Shown here: piece by piece, positions 36,485-44,666 of the stretch
Numbering within the stretch: the stretch's first letter is position 1
Layout: each line of letters opens with the position of its first letter
NCBI GenBank assembly: GCA_042577445.1
Contig: JBHPDX010000002.1
Span: forward strand, 1-51,976
Source of the DNA: Candidatus Margulisiibacteriota bacterium
GTDB lineage: Bacteria; Margulisbacteria; WOR-1; CAVSGV01; JBHPDX01
Length of the DNA: 51,976 nucleotides
Direction of reading: 5' to 3'
Made by a program: the position numbers and the translations under genes
The notes under the pieces: generated by a model
Seen by the model: the letters and a program-made list of their open reading frames with translations, nothing else
Database searches by the model: none
Told to the model about the DNA's origin: nothing

Positions 36485-37823
36485 TAGTTTTTATTTCCGC
36501 CGTTCCATAAGCTATCTTCCCATACGGTATTTCTAAAATAATTCTTCCTTTATTATCAGCCACCGTCGAAGGCCCACTGTTGCCGACATGAACAGCATAC
36601 CTGTTATTTTCTACCGCCCGCAGCGCTATAAGCTTGCTGTGTAAATACGGGATGCTTGAGTTGCCAAAAGATGTGTCTGACGAGATTAAACAGAGAATGT
36701 TCGCGCCTTCACTGACAAGCTTTCTTGCTACTTCCGGATAAAGCGATTCCAAACAGATCATCACCCCTACCCTGCCCAAACCGGACCTGCTGGAAAGAGT
36801 TAAAGTTTTTTTGCCGGATGAATAATCTTCCGTTTCAGAAAACGGGAATATTTTCTGCTTCCTGTATTTCTCCGTTGCATCGCCGTTCTCTTTAAGAATA
36901 AAGGCTATATTAAAAATGTTCCCGCCATGTGAATAATCAATATAAGAAGTCCCCAAAAGAAGCTCTGCTCCTTTCGAAGTTATTTTTCCATGTAAATATG
37001 ATAAGTAAGCATCGTCCTGTAGAATATAATTGCCTGATAATTCCGGCCAAATAACAAGTTTTACATTCTTTTTAAGGGCTTCTTTCGATTGATATATAAG
37101 CCTTTGATCGAAGTATTTCTTGAAAAATATCCCTCGTTCCATTAATAAGCGTTCTTTTGGGGATATATTCGGCTGAATAATAGCGATCTTGACTTTAGGG
37201 CCATGGTTTTCTTTCCTGTTGAGAGAAATATATCCATAACCAACATTTACTGCGTGAATAATGATCAATGGGATCAGTAAAAATAAGAGCCTATTTCTTC
37301 TTAGATAAATTTCAGCAAACACGGCGTTGGTATAGATGATCAGAAAGCCGAGGAAAAATGAACTTAAAATACCCGCGGATTGGATCATTATAGGAAAAGG
37401 GACAAGCGCGGTTTCAAGGGGGAACGGGAAGAGAAAAGGCAGCTTTGAAAGTAACTGCTGAGCTGCCACCCAACCTGCCCCGAATAAGAACGGCCTGAAC
37501 AGATAAGAACACTTTTTTGATAAGTACGCGGAGAACGTGAAGAATAATGCATAAATAATTGCGATCAACATAAACACCAGCACAAGAAAGAAAACCTGCC
37601 GGGCATCAAAAATCAATCTTTTAGCGTCTAAAGGTATTAATACGGCAAGTGCAACAGCTTCTGAAAACAGAAGATTCAATAAAAATATTTTTATTCTGGA
37701 GAACTTACTGTTAAAAATGAAAAGAGGAATAAAGGAAATGAATATTCCTATGGGAAAGAACACTAGAGGGTTCGGCAGGGAGATCACCGTGCCGATGATC
37801 CCCAGCAGAAATAAAAAAGACAT
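36426..37823 (-). CDS. lnt: Apolipoprotein N-acyltransferase
   Basis: 465 aa. N-terminal multi-TM region plus a C-terminal CN-hydrolase domain (VIWPEL ... KQKIFPF.E ... GVMICLES). The 3' end overlaps leuC by 59 nt (convergent). Confidence 0.8.
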   Translation of the reverse strand: MSFLFLLGIIGTVISLPNPLVFFPIGIFISFIPLFIFNSKFSRIKIFLLNLLFSEAVALAVLIPLDAKRLIFDARQVFFLVLVFMLIAIIYALFFTFSAYLSKKCSYLFRPFLFGAGWVAAQQLLSKLPFLFPFPLETALVPFPIMIQSAGILSSFFLGFLIIYTNAVFAEIYLRRNRLLFLLIPLIIIHAVNVGYGYISLNRKENHGPKVKIAIIQPNISPKERLLMERGIFFKKYFDQRLIYQSKEALKKNVKLVIWPELSGNYILQDDAYLSYLHGKITSKGAELLLGTSYIDYSHGGNIFNIAFILKENGDATEKYRKQKIFPFSETEDYSSGKKTLTLSSRSGLGRVGVMICLESLYPEVARKLVSEGANILCLISSDTSFGNSSIPYLHSKLIALRAVENNRYAVHVGNSGPSTVADNKGRIILEIPYGKIAYGTAEIKTITDISLDPLSSHSIPKRLL

Positions 37824-37825
37824 CT

Positions 37826-38959
37826 TTAGTATTTCGGATTTACCGAAATCCCCTGATAACCACCTTCGAACTGCTTTATGAACTTGTCTGTCTTTGTATC
37901 CAGTACCAGAAGCCTTGGTTTAGTTGTCGTCCTTCTTAAGAATGCCGGCCCGACTGTCATATACATCTTTCCCGGGCCAACGACAGAGAACATAAGCTGA
38001 GAGCGTAAATACAGTTTCCCAATTATCTTATCGGTCTTTACATCGATTATTTCAATAGTGTTCCGGTGTTCCTTGTCGTTCGTATGCAATACATAGATCT
38101 TGCCGACCGACTTATCATAGACCAGACTGCGGGCATGAGGAGTTATCTTGATCTTCTTGATAAGCTTGCCTGTAGAAAAAGAATAGACTAATAGTTCGTC
38201 ATTCGGCTGTAAAATCCCTGCTTTAGTTCGCTTACCCTTAGTAGCTGCAGCAATATATATTTTATCATCGACATTACAGATACCGTCCAGATCCTTATAT
38301 TTTTTATCCACATCAATGATCTTAACAAGCTTTTTCGTTTTTACATCTATCACATATATGTCGCCTGTATCGGATTTTTCATACAATTCTTCAATTGTAT
38401 TCACCTTAAATTGATAAAAAGATGCCAGAAAAAGGTACTTTTCCCCGTCGAAGAACATGTTGTTGATATTTGCCTGGATAAGTTCTGGATTATCTTCCTG
38501 AAGGAAAATCTTGCCTGTTTTTCTCCCGGTTTCCCGGTCAATAAAAACAACACCGCTTTTCGACCTTGTTCGGTCATTGCCTTTCACCTGCACGATCAGT
38601 TCTTTATCCGTCAAGACCATCCGGCTTGGGCCAAATATTTTACCGAGGCGGGCAAAACGTTTTATTTTATCTTTGACCGGATCATAATAATAGATGCCGC
38701 GGCCGTACATTTTACCCGAGCGGAGATCCGCAATATAGCATCCGCCTTTTTCATCAACAATGAAGTTATTGAATCCTTTACCCCGCGGCTTGGGGATCTC
38801 TCTTACTATCTCATCTTTATTAACGTCGAACTGCACAAAACACGCGGGCTCTCCGGGATTGTACCTCAACACATAAGCATGGTTTACTGTTAAAGCAAGA
38901 GAGCCCATATCAAATATAAAAATCAGTTCAATTAATAATATAATTATCTTTCTTATCAT
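37826..38959 (-). CDS. Secreted or anchored beta-propeller repeat protein (YVTN/YncE-like)
   Basis: 377 aa. N-terminal hydrophobic anchor, then repeated segments of about 45 aa of the type G.IYV.D......I..ID..T.K.I..I. Confidence 0.5.
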   Translation of the reverse strand: MIRKIIILLIELIFIFDMGSLALTVNHAYVLRYNPGEPACFVQFDVNKDEIVREIPKPRGKGFNNFIVDEKGGCYIADLRSGKMYGRGIYYYDPVKDKIKRFARLGKIFGPSRMVLTDKELIVQVKGNDRTRSKSGVVFIDRETGRKTGKIFLQEDNPELIQANINNMFFDGEKYLFLASFYQFKVNTIEELYEKSDTGDIYVIDVKTKKLVKIIDVDKKYKDLDGICNVDDKIYIAAATKGKRTKAGILQPNDELLVYSFSTGKLIKKIKITPHARSLVYDKSVGKIYVLHTNDKEHRNTIEIIDVKTDKIIGKLYLRSQLMFSVVGPGKMYMTVGPAFLRRTTTKPRLLVLDTKTDKFIKQFEGGYQGISVNPKY

Positions 38960-39900
38960 TATAGCGTGCTCACATTTGGAGAATAGCAGAAATCTGGCCC
39001 CAGAGCGTCCGAATAATATATATCGTCGGGAGAAACACCTATCCAGGCGAACATCGGCGCTCCAAGCGCTTTCTCCTGCAGGTTACTATTAAACGTGCTT
39101 GTATTATTAGAATCAAGGGAAATATACGGCTTAAAAGCATGATAAACCAGCTTGGAACAATACATGGAACTCATATCATCCTTATCGCACCACCGGTATA
39201 AAAAGTAGGCGCGCTCAAGCATTGTTGAAACAGTAGGGAAATATGGTTTGCCTTTATATACCATTTCTGCGGAATCAAGGGCGTTCATAACTTGGCTATA
39301 TGTAAGGGTAACAATCTTTTTACATGTATAATAAGTAACATCGCCCCATGTTTCATTTGTTTTGTTCACATCAACTCCGCCAGATGGCGTCGACTCGAAC
39401 ACCTTTTGCTCCGATATACTATCAACTATCGCAACATGATTCCAATTGGAGAACATTTTCACCAGATTATTTGCCGTGCTGTTGCCTCGCGTGAAAATAA
39501 GATCGCCCCTGTTCCCGCTTTCTGTCTGAAACCTCTGCCAAGCTGCAACATCGAAGGGGATCTCTACGCTATCATCCCATCCGCCCATAATATAAGCGGT
39601 GTCAACTCTATATTTGGATGGATCCAACAAAATAGTAGATGAAACAACCGTGAAATCCGATCCGCATGCTGTAAAAGGAGGGAAGAATCCCAGATTTACC
39701 AATGCGTTCAGTGGTTTATTGATATTCGCAAAATAAAAATATTCTACTCGCAAAGCTTCCCTCAGATCCTCAAAAGAATAATACAGCGGCCTTGAATCCA
39801 GGCTCCCACCCTTGCCCCCGCCCCCTCCTGCAAATGACGCACATGAGAAAAGCATTAGTAGCATAACAACAATAAAAGTAACATTGAGCCTTTTAAACAT
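38959..39900 (-). CDS. Lipoprotein with a permuted-papain (YaeF/YiiX, C92-like) amidase-like core
   Basis: Lipobox LFSC followed by a Gly-rich linker. GDLIFTRG......SNWNHVAIV and ...MYCSKLVYHAF resemble the YiiX-type Gly-Asp ... His ... Cys arrangement. Confidence 0.45.
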   Translation of the reverse strand: MFKRLNVTFIVVMLLMLFSCASFAGGGGGKGGSLDSRPLYYSFEDLREALRVEYFYFANINKPLNALVNLGFFPPFTACGSDFTVVSSTILLDPSKYRVDTAYIMGGWDDSVEIPFDVAAWQRFQTESGNRGDLIFTRGNSTANNLVKMFSNWNHVAIVDSISEQKVFESTPSGGVDVNKTNETWGDVTYYTCKKIVTLTYSQVMNALDSAEMVYKGKPYFPTVSTMLERAYFLYRWCDKDDMSSMYCSKLVYHAFKPYISLDSNNTSTFNSNLQEKALGAPMFAWIGVSPDDIYYSDALGPDFCYSPNVSTL

Positions 39901-39912
39901 CTTTCTCCCCTC

Positions 39913-40566
39913 CTAGTTTGAAATTGTTTCAGCAAAAACATTCATTTTATCAACCGGTATCTCTATTGAACCTTCCGCGGCAGTGCCGTCGTCGCCAGAA
40001 ACCACTGTATAAGCAAGTACCAGCGCCTCCAGCGGCGTCATCCCGTCATTACCATCCGAATTCATATTTGGCATCGATTCTTCGATCACGTTCTTCACGA
40101 TCATCACGATCTCATCGTCTACCCACACACCTTCAGTGCTTCCCAATATATTTATATTGTCCGTAACAGCTCCTATATCAATTGGAATATTCGGTGCACT
40201 GATATCTGATAGCACTGACATTCCACCGCTTGTTCTCGCAGCCAATTCCTTATCCGCTATCGTTTTGACGGTATCAGGACTCACAATGGAAACTAAAGAT
40301 TGTATCGATGCTATAGAGGAGGATTGGTCGACCCTTGAATCAACATAATCAACAAAAGTATTGACCGCTCTTTCCGCGCTCGCCTCGTCGCTTATCTCTC
40401 CAAGCTGGCCGTCAAATTCATTGATCATAGGATTATCCGCTATTGACGGGATCGTCTTGGAAGTAGCGACATCTCCCTTTGTGCCGACCCATTCACCGCA
40501 GCCGCAAAGAGAAACCATGAACATTAGAATACAAAATAACACTAAAAACTTTCTCATATATTTCAC
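39913..40566 (-). CDS. Hypothetical lipoprotein
   Basis: Signal peptide with lipobox (SLCGC). Acidic, Ser/Asp-rich mature part. Strong SD AAGGAGGTGA. Confidence 0.5.
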   Translation of the reverse strand: MKYMRKFLVLFCILMFMVSLCGCGEWVGTKGDVATSKTIPSIADNPMINEFDGQLGEISDEASAERAVNTFVDYVDSRVDQSSSIASIQSLVSIVSPDTVKTIADKELAARTSGGMSVLSDISAPNIPIDIGAVTDNINILGSTEGVWVDDEIVMIVKNVIEESMPNMNSDGNDGMTPLEALVLAYTVVSGDDGTAAEGSIEIPVDKMNVFAETISN

Positions 40567-40735
40567 CTCCTTTACCCTTTACTTAGCAATTTCAATGCCA
40601 GTCAAATTTATACATAAAAAAGACAAGGGAAGGTCGATCTAAGCTACGATCGCAGGAATATCCGACTTCTATGGGGATTTACATACAAAATATTTCGTGT
40701 TAGCATTAAAGCTCCGTGAAAGGGGTAAAAATAGA

Positions 40736-41425
40736 GTGAAGAAAAGCTTAGTATTGATCGTTCTTATAGTCCTTGCACTATCAATTCCGGCATATTCCTA
40801 TAGGCCTTTAACTACTGATGATACCGCTACGGTAAGTAAGGATAAATGGAGCCTGGAAACTGGCCTTGAATCCGATACGGACAGGGCATCCAACACAACG
40901 AACTCCCTGAATATCGATCTAACATACGGTTATAGTGAGAACATGGACTTAAAGGTTTCTTCATCAATTCAATCCGCAGCCGGATCAAGCGGCGTAGGGT
41001 CAACAGCTTTTCAGGCAAAATACAGGTTCACTGAAGAAGATGGGAACATGCCAAGCTTGGGGCTCGAAGGATCCATTGCATTCCCGGCATATACCGGGGG
41101 TAATTCCACGATATCCACAACAGGATTGTATACAAAAACACTGGATACGTATGTTTATCACCTGAACTTAGGTTTAAGCGGCAACGGAGACTATACTTCC
41201 GTAAATTACGGCGGCGCTTTTGATGTTGTTTTCCATCCGGAAGCAGGCATCAATATCACGATGGAACTTGTAGGCGGAAGCACTAATTCAGGGGCAACAC
41301 TGGCGGGACATTTGGGCACAAAATGGACGGTAAATGAAGATCTTACGGTCGATGGCGGTATGTCGGTAGGGCTTAACGACAACACATCGAGTGATATAAA
41401 GGCCGGATTAACGACTACATTCTAA
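40736..41425 (+). CDS. Small outer-membrane beta-barrel, paralogue 1 (MetA-pathway/transporter-type OMP family, by recollection)
   Basis: The GTG at 40736 (AAAGGGG SD) gives MKKSLVLIVLIVLALSIPAYS|YRPLTTDDTATV. Contains the KYRFTEEDGNMPSLG motif, alternating-hydrophobic strands and a terminal Phe. Confidence 0.65.
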   Translation: MKKSLVLIVLIVLALSIPAYSYRPLTTDDTATVSKDKWSLETGLESDTDRASNTTNSLNIDLTYGYSENMDLKVSSSIQSAAGSSGVGSTAFQAKYRFTEEDGNMPSLGLEGSIAFPAYTGGNSTISTTGLYTKTLDTYVYHLNLGLSGNGDYTSVNYGGAFDVVFHPEAGINITMELVGGSTNSGATLAGHLGTKWTVNEDLTVDGGMSVGLNDNTSSDIKAGLTTTF

Positions 41426-41437
41426 AAGGAGGGTAAA

Positions 41438-42106
41438 ATGAGAAAGAGTTTGATATTGACCATACTGTTCCTCTTCGCGCTCTCGACAGCTTCGTACGCG
41501 CTTCGTCCCCTATCCACAGATAACACAGGAACGACTTACCAGGGGGGATGGAAAGTAGAGACTTGGCTGGATTCTGAAACGCTCAATTCCACCAGCACAA
41601 GCAGATTGGGTGTGAAAGGAAAATATGGTCTTACCACGAATTTTGAATTTCAGGGAGCTGTTTCCTATCAGTCTGTAGGTGGTACAAGCGGAAGAGGCCC
41701 GATCGATCTGCTCTTAAAATACAGGTTCAATGAAGAATCGGGAACAACTCCGAGTTTCGGTGTCAGGGGCGGCATATCACTTCCTGAAACAGGAGATTCA
41801 ACTATCACTGTAAGAGCGCTTTTGACCGATACTAAAAAGGACTTTACTTATCATACTAATTTGGGTCTTGCTACCAGCGGCAGCAGGAATGGAATATTCT
41901 ACGGCGGCGCCCTGGTTTTTCAGCTGAATAATGACCTGAAGGCTATGGGAGAATTATTCGGAAGCGGGTTAACCGAACAGCTGTTCACAAGGATCGGCGG
42001 AACATTGAGGATAAAAAGGAATATACATCTTGACGGCGCGATCAAATTGGGGTTAAGTACGAATACGCCAAGCGGTTTCACTATCGGAGTATCTGTTCTA
42101 ATATAA
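41438..42106 (+). CDS. Small outer-membrane beta-barrel, paralogue 2
   Basis: Signal peptide ...ASYA|LRPLSTDNTGTT and the KYRFNEESGTTPSFG motif. AGGAGGG SD. Confidence 0.65.
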   Translation: MRKSLILTILFLFALSTASYALRPLSTDNTGTTYQGGWKVETWLDSETLNSTSTSRLGVKGKYGLTTNFEFQGAVSYQSVGGTSGRGPIDLLLKYRFNEESGTTPSFGVRGGISLPETGDSTITVRALLTDTKKDFTYHTNLGLATSGSRNGIFYGGALVFQLNNDLKAMGELFGSGLTEQLFTRIGGTLRIKRNIHLDGAIKLGLSTNTPSGFTIGVSVLI

Positions 42107-42129
42107 TAACCATCCTATTCAGAAATACA

Positions 42130-42167
42130 AAGGCCGTATAGTATAAGAATTATACGGCCTTATTTTT
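42130..42167 (+). terminator. Rho-independent terminator after paralogue 2
   Basis: Perfect 11-bp stem AAGGCCGTATA / TATACGGCCTT, a 10-nt loop, then ATTTTT. Confidence 0.75.
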
Positions 42168-42217
42168 GACCGGATATCCGTAATTTCCTGTATGACAAAT
42201 TTCACTCTAACAAATGC

Positions 42218-42255
42218 TTGACTCCTCGTGTTACTTATTATAATATTCGTGCTAC
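42218..42255 (+). promoter_or_regulatory. nikR operon promoter with GTGYTAC repeats bracketing the -10 box
   Basis: TTGACT at 42218-42223 and TATAAT at 42239-42244 (15-nt spacer; the alternative TAATAT gives 17 nt). GTGTTAC at 42228-42234 and GTGCTAC at 42249-42255. Confidence 0.5.
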
Positions 42256-42256
42256 C

Positions 42257-42682
42257 GTGAATACATCACAACTTGAAAGGTTCGGCGTATCGATGGAATC
42301 GGAGCTCATTGAAAGCTTCGATAAGCTCATAAGTAAAAAAGGATATCCAAACAGGTCCGAAGCGATAAGGGATCTTGTCAGGAACCTGATGGTAGAAGAA
42401 GAGACAAAGCTTGGGACAAAAGAGGTGATCGGCACGATCACGATCGTATACAGCCATCATATCCATGACCTGACCGACACACTGAACCATATTCAACATG
42501 ACTTCCATGACCAGGTGATCTCAACCGTTCACGTACATTTGGATGAACACAATTGCCTGGAAGTTTTAATAGTCAAAGGGAAAGGTAAGGAAATAAAAAA
42601 GATCGCCGATAAACTGATCAGCACAAAAGGAGTGAAGCACGGTAAATTAACGATCACAACAACAGGAAAGGATTTAAGATAA
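42257..42682 (+). CDS. nikR: Nickel-responsive transcriptional regulator NikR
   Basis: RHH N-terminus [32 protein letters not shown] and a C-terminal metal site HVHLDEHNC (H-x-H-x5-C). The start is moved to the GTG at 42257, because the ORF-track TTG at 42218 is the -35 box. The start remains uncertain. Confidence 0.85.
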   Translation: MNTSQLERFGVSMESELIESFDKLISKKGYPNRSEAIRDLVRNLMVEEETKLGTKEVIGTITIVYSHHIHDLTDTLNHIQHDFHDQVISTVHVHLDEHNCLEVLIVKGKGKEIKKIADKLISTKGVKHGKLTITTTGKDLR

Positions 42683-42683
42683 A

Positions 42684-43367
42684 ATGAGAAATAATTTAAT
42701 TCTGGGCCTCTTATTTGTTTTCATATTGTCAACGGTCTCATACGCGGCAAGGCCGCTTGCTACCGAAGATTCAGGAACTGTAAGTGTCGGGGAATGGGAA
42801 GTTGAGACAGGTCTTGAATCAGAAATAGACAACACTTCAAGTGTAACAAATACGCTGGGCATTGCATTTAAAACCGGTATTAACGACTCTCTTGATCTTG
42901 GGGCCGAGATATCTTCTCCATCCGTTGACGGTGAAGGCGGGCCCGGCACTACAGCGCTAAAAATAAAATACAGGTTTAACGACGAAACTGATACATTGCC
43001 AAGTTTCGCCGTCGGAGCAACAGTTGCCGGTCAACCTAATAACCAAGACAGCGTAACAACTATAACGGCTATCGCAACGAAGAATTTAAATGATTTGGCC
43101 CTGCATATTAATCTTGGCTCAACTTCCACAGGTAATACAAGTGAAACAGGTTATAGTGGCGCGATAGAATACCCCGTAAACGATATAATAACAGTGGTCG
43201 GGGAAATAGTGGGCGCGTCTGCTTCAGGAACATCCCAACTTGATGCCCTTATCGGAGGCAGAATAAGTATTACTGAGAACATGACCATTGATGGCGGATT
43301 TAATATTAATATGAGCGACAACAGCCCGGCAAGCAAATATACGATCGGGCTAACAACAATATTATAA
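42684..43367 (+). CDS. Small outer-membrane beta-barrel, paralogue 3, inside the nikR-nikMN operon
   Basis: Signal peptide ...VSYA|ARPLATEDSGTV and the KYRFNDETDTLPSFA motif. Starts 1 nt after the nikR stop. Confidence 0.65.
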   Translation: MRNNLILGLLFVFILSTVSYAARPLATEDSGTVSVGEWEVETGLESEIDNTSSVTNTLGIAFKTGINDSLDLGAEISSPSVDGEGGPGTTALKIKYRFNDETDTLPSFAVGATVAGQPNNQDSVTTITAIATKNLNDLALHINLGSTSTGNTSETGYSGAIEYPVNDIITVVGEIVGASASGTSQLDALIGGRISITENMTIDGGFNINMSDNSPASKYTIGLTTIL

Positions 43368-43382
43368 GAAGGAGATAAATAA

Positions 43383-44093
43383 ATGCACATACCGAACGGA
43401 TTATTGGATCCTAAAATTGCAACAGGAAGCGCATTCGCGGCTGCCGCAGTACTTGGTTACTGCATAGCAAAGGTTAAGCAGGCGCTGGTGGCAGCTGTTC
43501 CCGAAGCTGTCCTTGCCGGGATCGGGAATGTTACCGCGACCGTAAAAGGCGGGATCGGAAAGGCTGCTGAAAATCATTTTGTAAAGATGGGAGCTATAGG
43601 CGCTCTAATATTTGCCGGACAAATGTTCAACTTTCCTGTTGCTGAAGGAACTTCAGGACATTTACTCGGAGGCATAATTGCCGCAGTAGCGCTGGGACCG
43701 TTTTCCGGAGCAATAGTGATAGCCGCCGTCCTTTTCGTCCAGTCCATATTCTTTGCCGACGGCGGAATAATGGTCCTTGGCGCGAACATTTTGAACATGG
43801 CAATTATCGGTTCTTTTGCATGTTATTACATATATTATAATATCTACAATGCGATGAAGAATAAATATGGGTTTTATTTAAGCGTTGGATTGGCCGCATT
43901 CTCATCAGTGCTTATCGCCTCAATAGCCTGCTCGCTTGAGATCGCATGGTCTGGGACTGTCAACCTTGGCATTGTCCTTCCTGCCATGGCTTCTGTTCAT
44001 GCTGTTATCGGCATATCGGAAGCTTTGATAACCATAATGGCTCTGGAGATATTAAGGTCTTTGAAGTTCGATCTTGAAGGTGAAATAAAGTGA
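43383..44093 (+). CDS. nikM: ECF-type nickel/cobalt transporter substrate-capture subunit NikM/CbiM
   Basis: 236 aa, multi-TM, with the N-terminus MHIPNG (cf. MHIPEG / MHIMEG metal-binding N-terminus). AAGGAG SD. Confidence 0.85.
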   Translation: MHIPNGLLDPKIATGSAFAAAAVLGYCIAKVKQALVAAVPEAVLAGIGNVTATVKGGIGKAAENHFVKMGAIGALIFAGQMFNFPVAEGTSGHLLGGIIAAVALGPFSGAIVIAAVLFVQSIFFADGGIMVLGANILNMAIIGSFACYYIYYNIYNAMKNKYGFYLSVGLAAFSSVLIASIACSLEIAWSGTVNLGIVLPAMASVHAVIGISEALITIMALEILRSLKFDLEGEIK

Positions 44094-44341
44094 ATAAAAA
44101 GACGGTCTGGTACGTGATCTTGATCTCAATAATTGTGGCAATCCTAGCATCATATTTTGCTTCTGCATCGCCTGACGGACTTGAAAAAGTAGCTGAAACA
44201 TTTGGCTTTATTGAAGATGCAAACGGTACTTTTGGATTTTTTAGTGACTATACCCTGTTCACAGGGATAATCGGGCTTTTAATAATATTCGCTACATTCA
44301 AAGGAATAGGTCTTTTAATAACCAAAGCATCGCAAAAATAA
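44090..44341 (+). CDS. PDGLE-domain small membrane protein (NikN/NikL-like accessory subunit)
   Basis: 83 aa, two TM helices, and the literal SPDGLEKV motif. Overlaps nikM by 4 nt. Confidence 0.7.
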   Translation: MNKKTVWYVILISIIVAILASYFASASPDGLEKVAETFGFIEDANGTFGFFSDYTLFTGIIGLLIIFATFKGIGLLITKASQK

Positions 44342-44378
44342 TCCGGCACACAAACCAAATAGAAATTCCCGACCAAAA

Positions 44379-44387
44379 TGTTATAAT
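44379..44387 (+). promoter_or_regulatory. Extended -10 promoter giving a leaderless transcript
   Basis: TGtTATAAT at 44379-44387. The ATG at 44394 is 6 nt downstream, with no SD. Confidence 0.45.
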
Positions 44388-44393
44388 ACTCAC

Positions 44394-44666
44394 ATGTACC
44401 GCAATAAAAAAGGTTATATCTTTGTTTATCTTGCCATCATTTCATCATTTTTAGCGACAATGATAACTTACAGCCCTTCCAACAGCATCAACAACTTTGC
44501 CAGGAATCTTCTGCCGGCAAGGGTCGCCAAACGGTTGAGTTTTATCTTAAGCGAAAATCCAATAGATTTTTCAAGTGTGACGATCGGTCTTATGGGAGTC
44601 CTGATAACCTTCGGCCTTTTCGCCGGGATCAGCCTTATATTCATCAGGAGGAATGATGATACTTAA
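44394..44666 (+). CDS. Hypothetical two-TM small membrane protein
   Basis: 90 aa with N- and C-terminal TM helices. Overlaps the leuD start by 14 nt. No family recognised. Confidence 0.45.
   Translation: MYRNKKGYIFVYLAIISSFLATMITYSPSNSINNFARNLLPARVAKRLSFILSENPIDFSSVTIGLMGVLITFGLFAGISLIFIRRNDDT

Noticed and set aside
42190-42195. GTATGA, the E. coli-type NikR half-site, upstream of the nikR promoter
   Set aside because: No TCATAC partner occurs at the expected 16-nt spacing or anywhere nearby. A single hexamer is expected by chance.
42218-42256. TTG start for nikR given by the ORF track
   Set aside because: The TTG is the first base triplet of a TTGACT -35 box whose -10 lies downstream of it, so it cannot be translated from that promoter. 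The NikR RHH strand (ERFGVSM) begins after the GTG at 42257.
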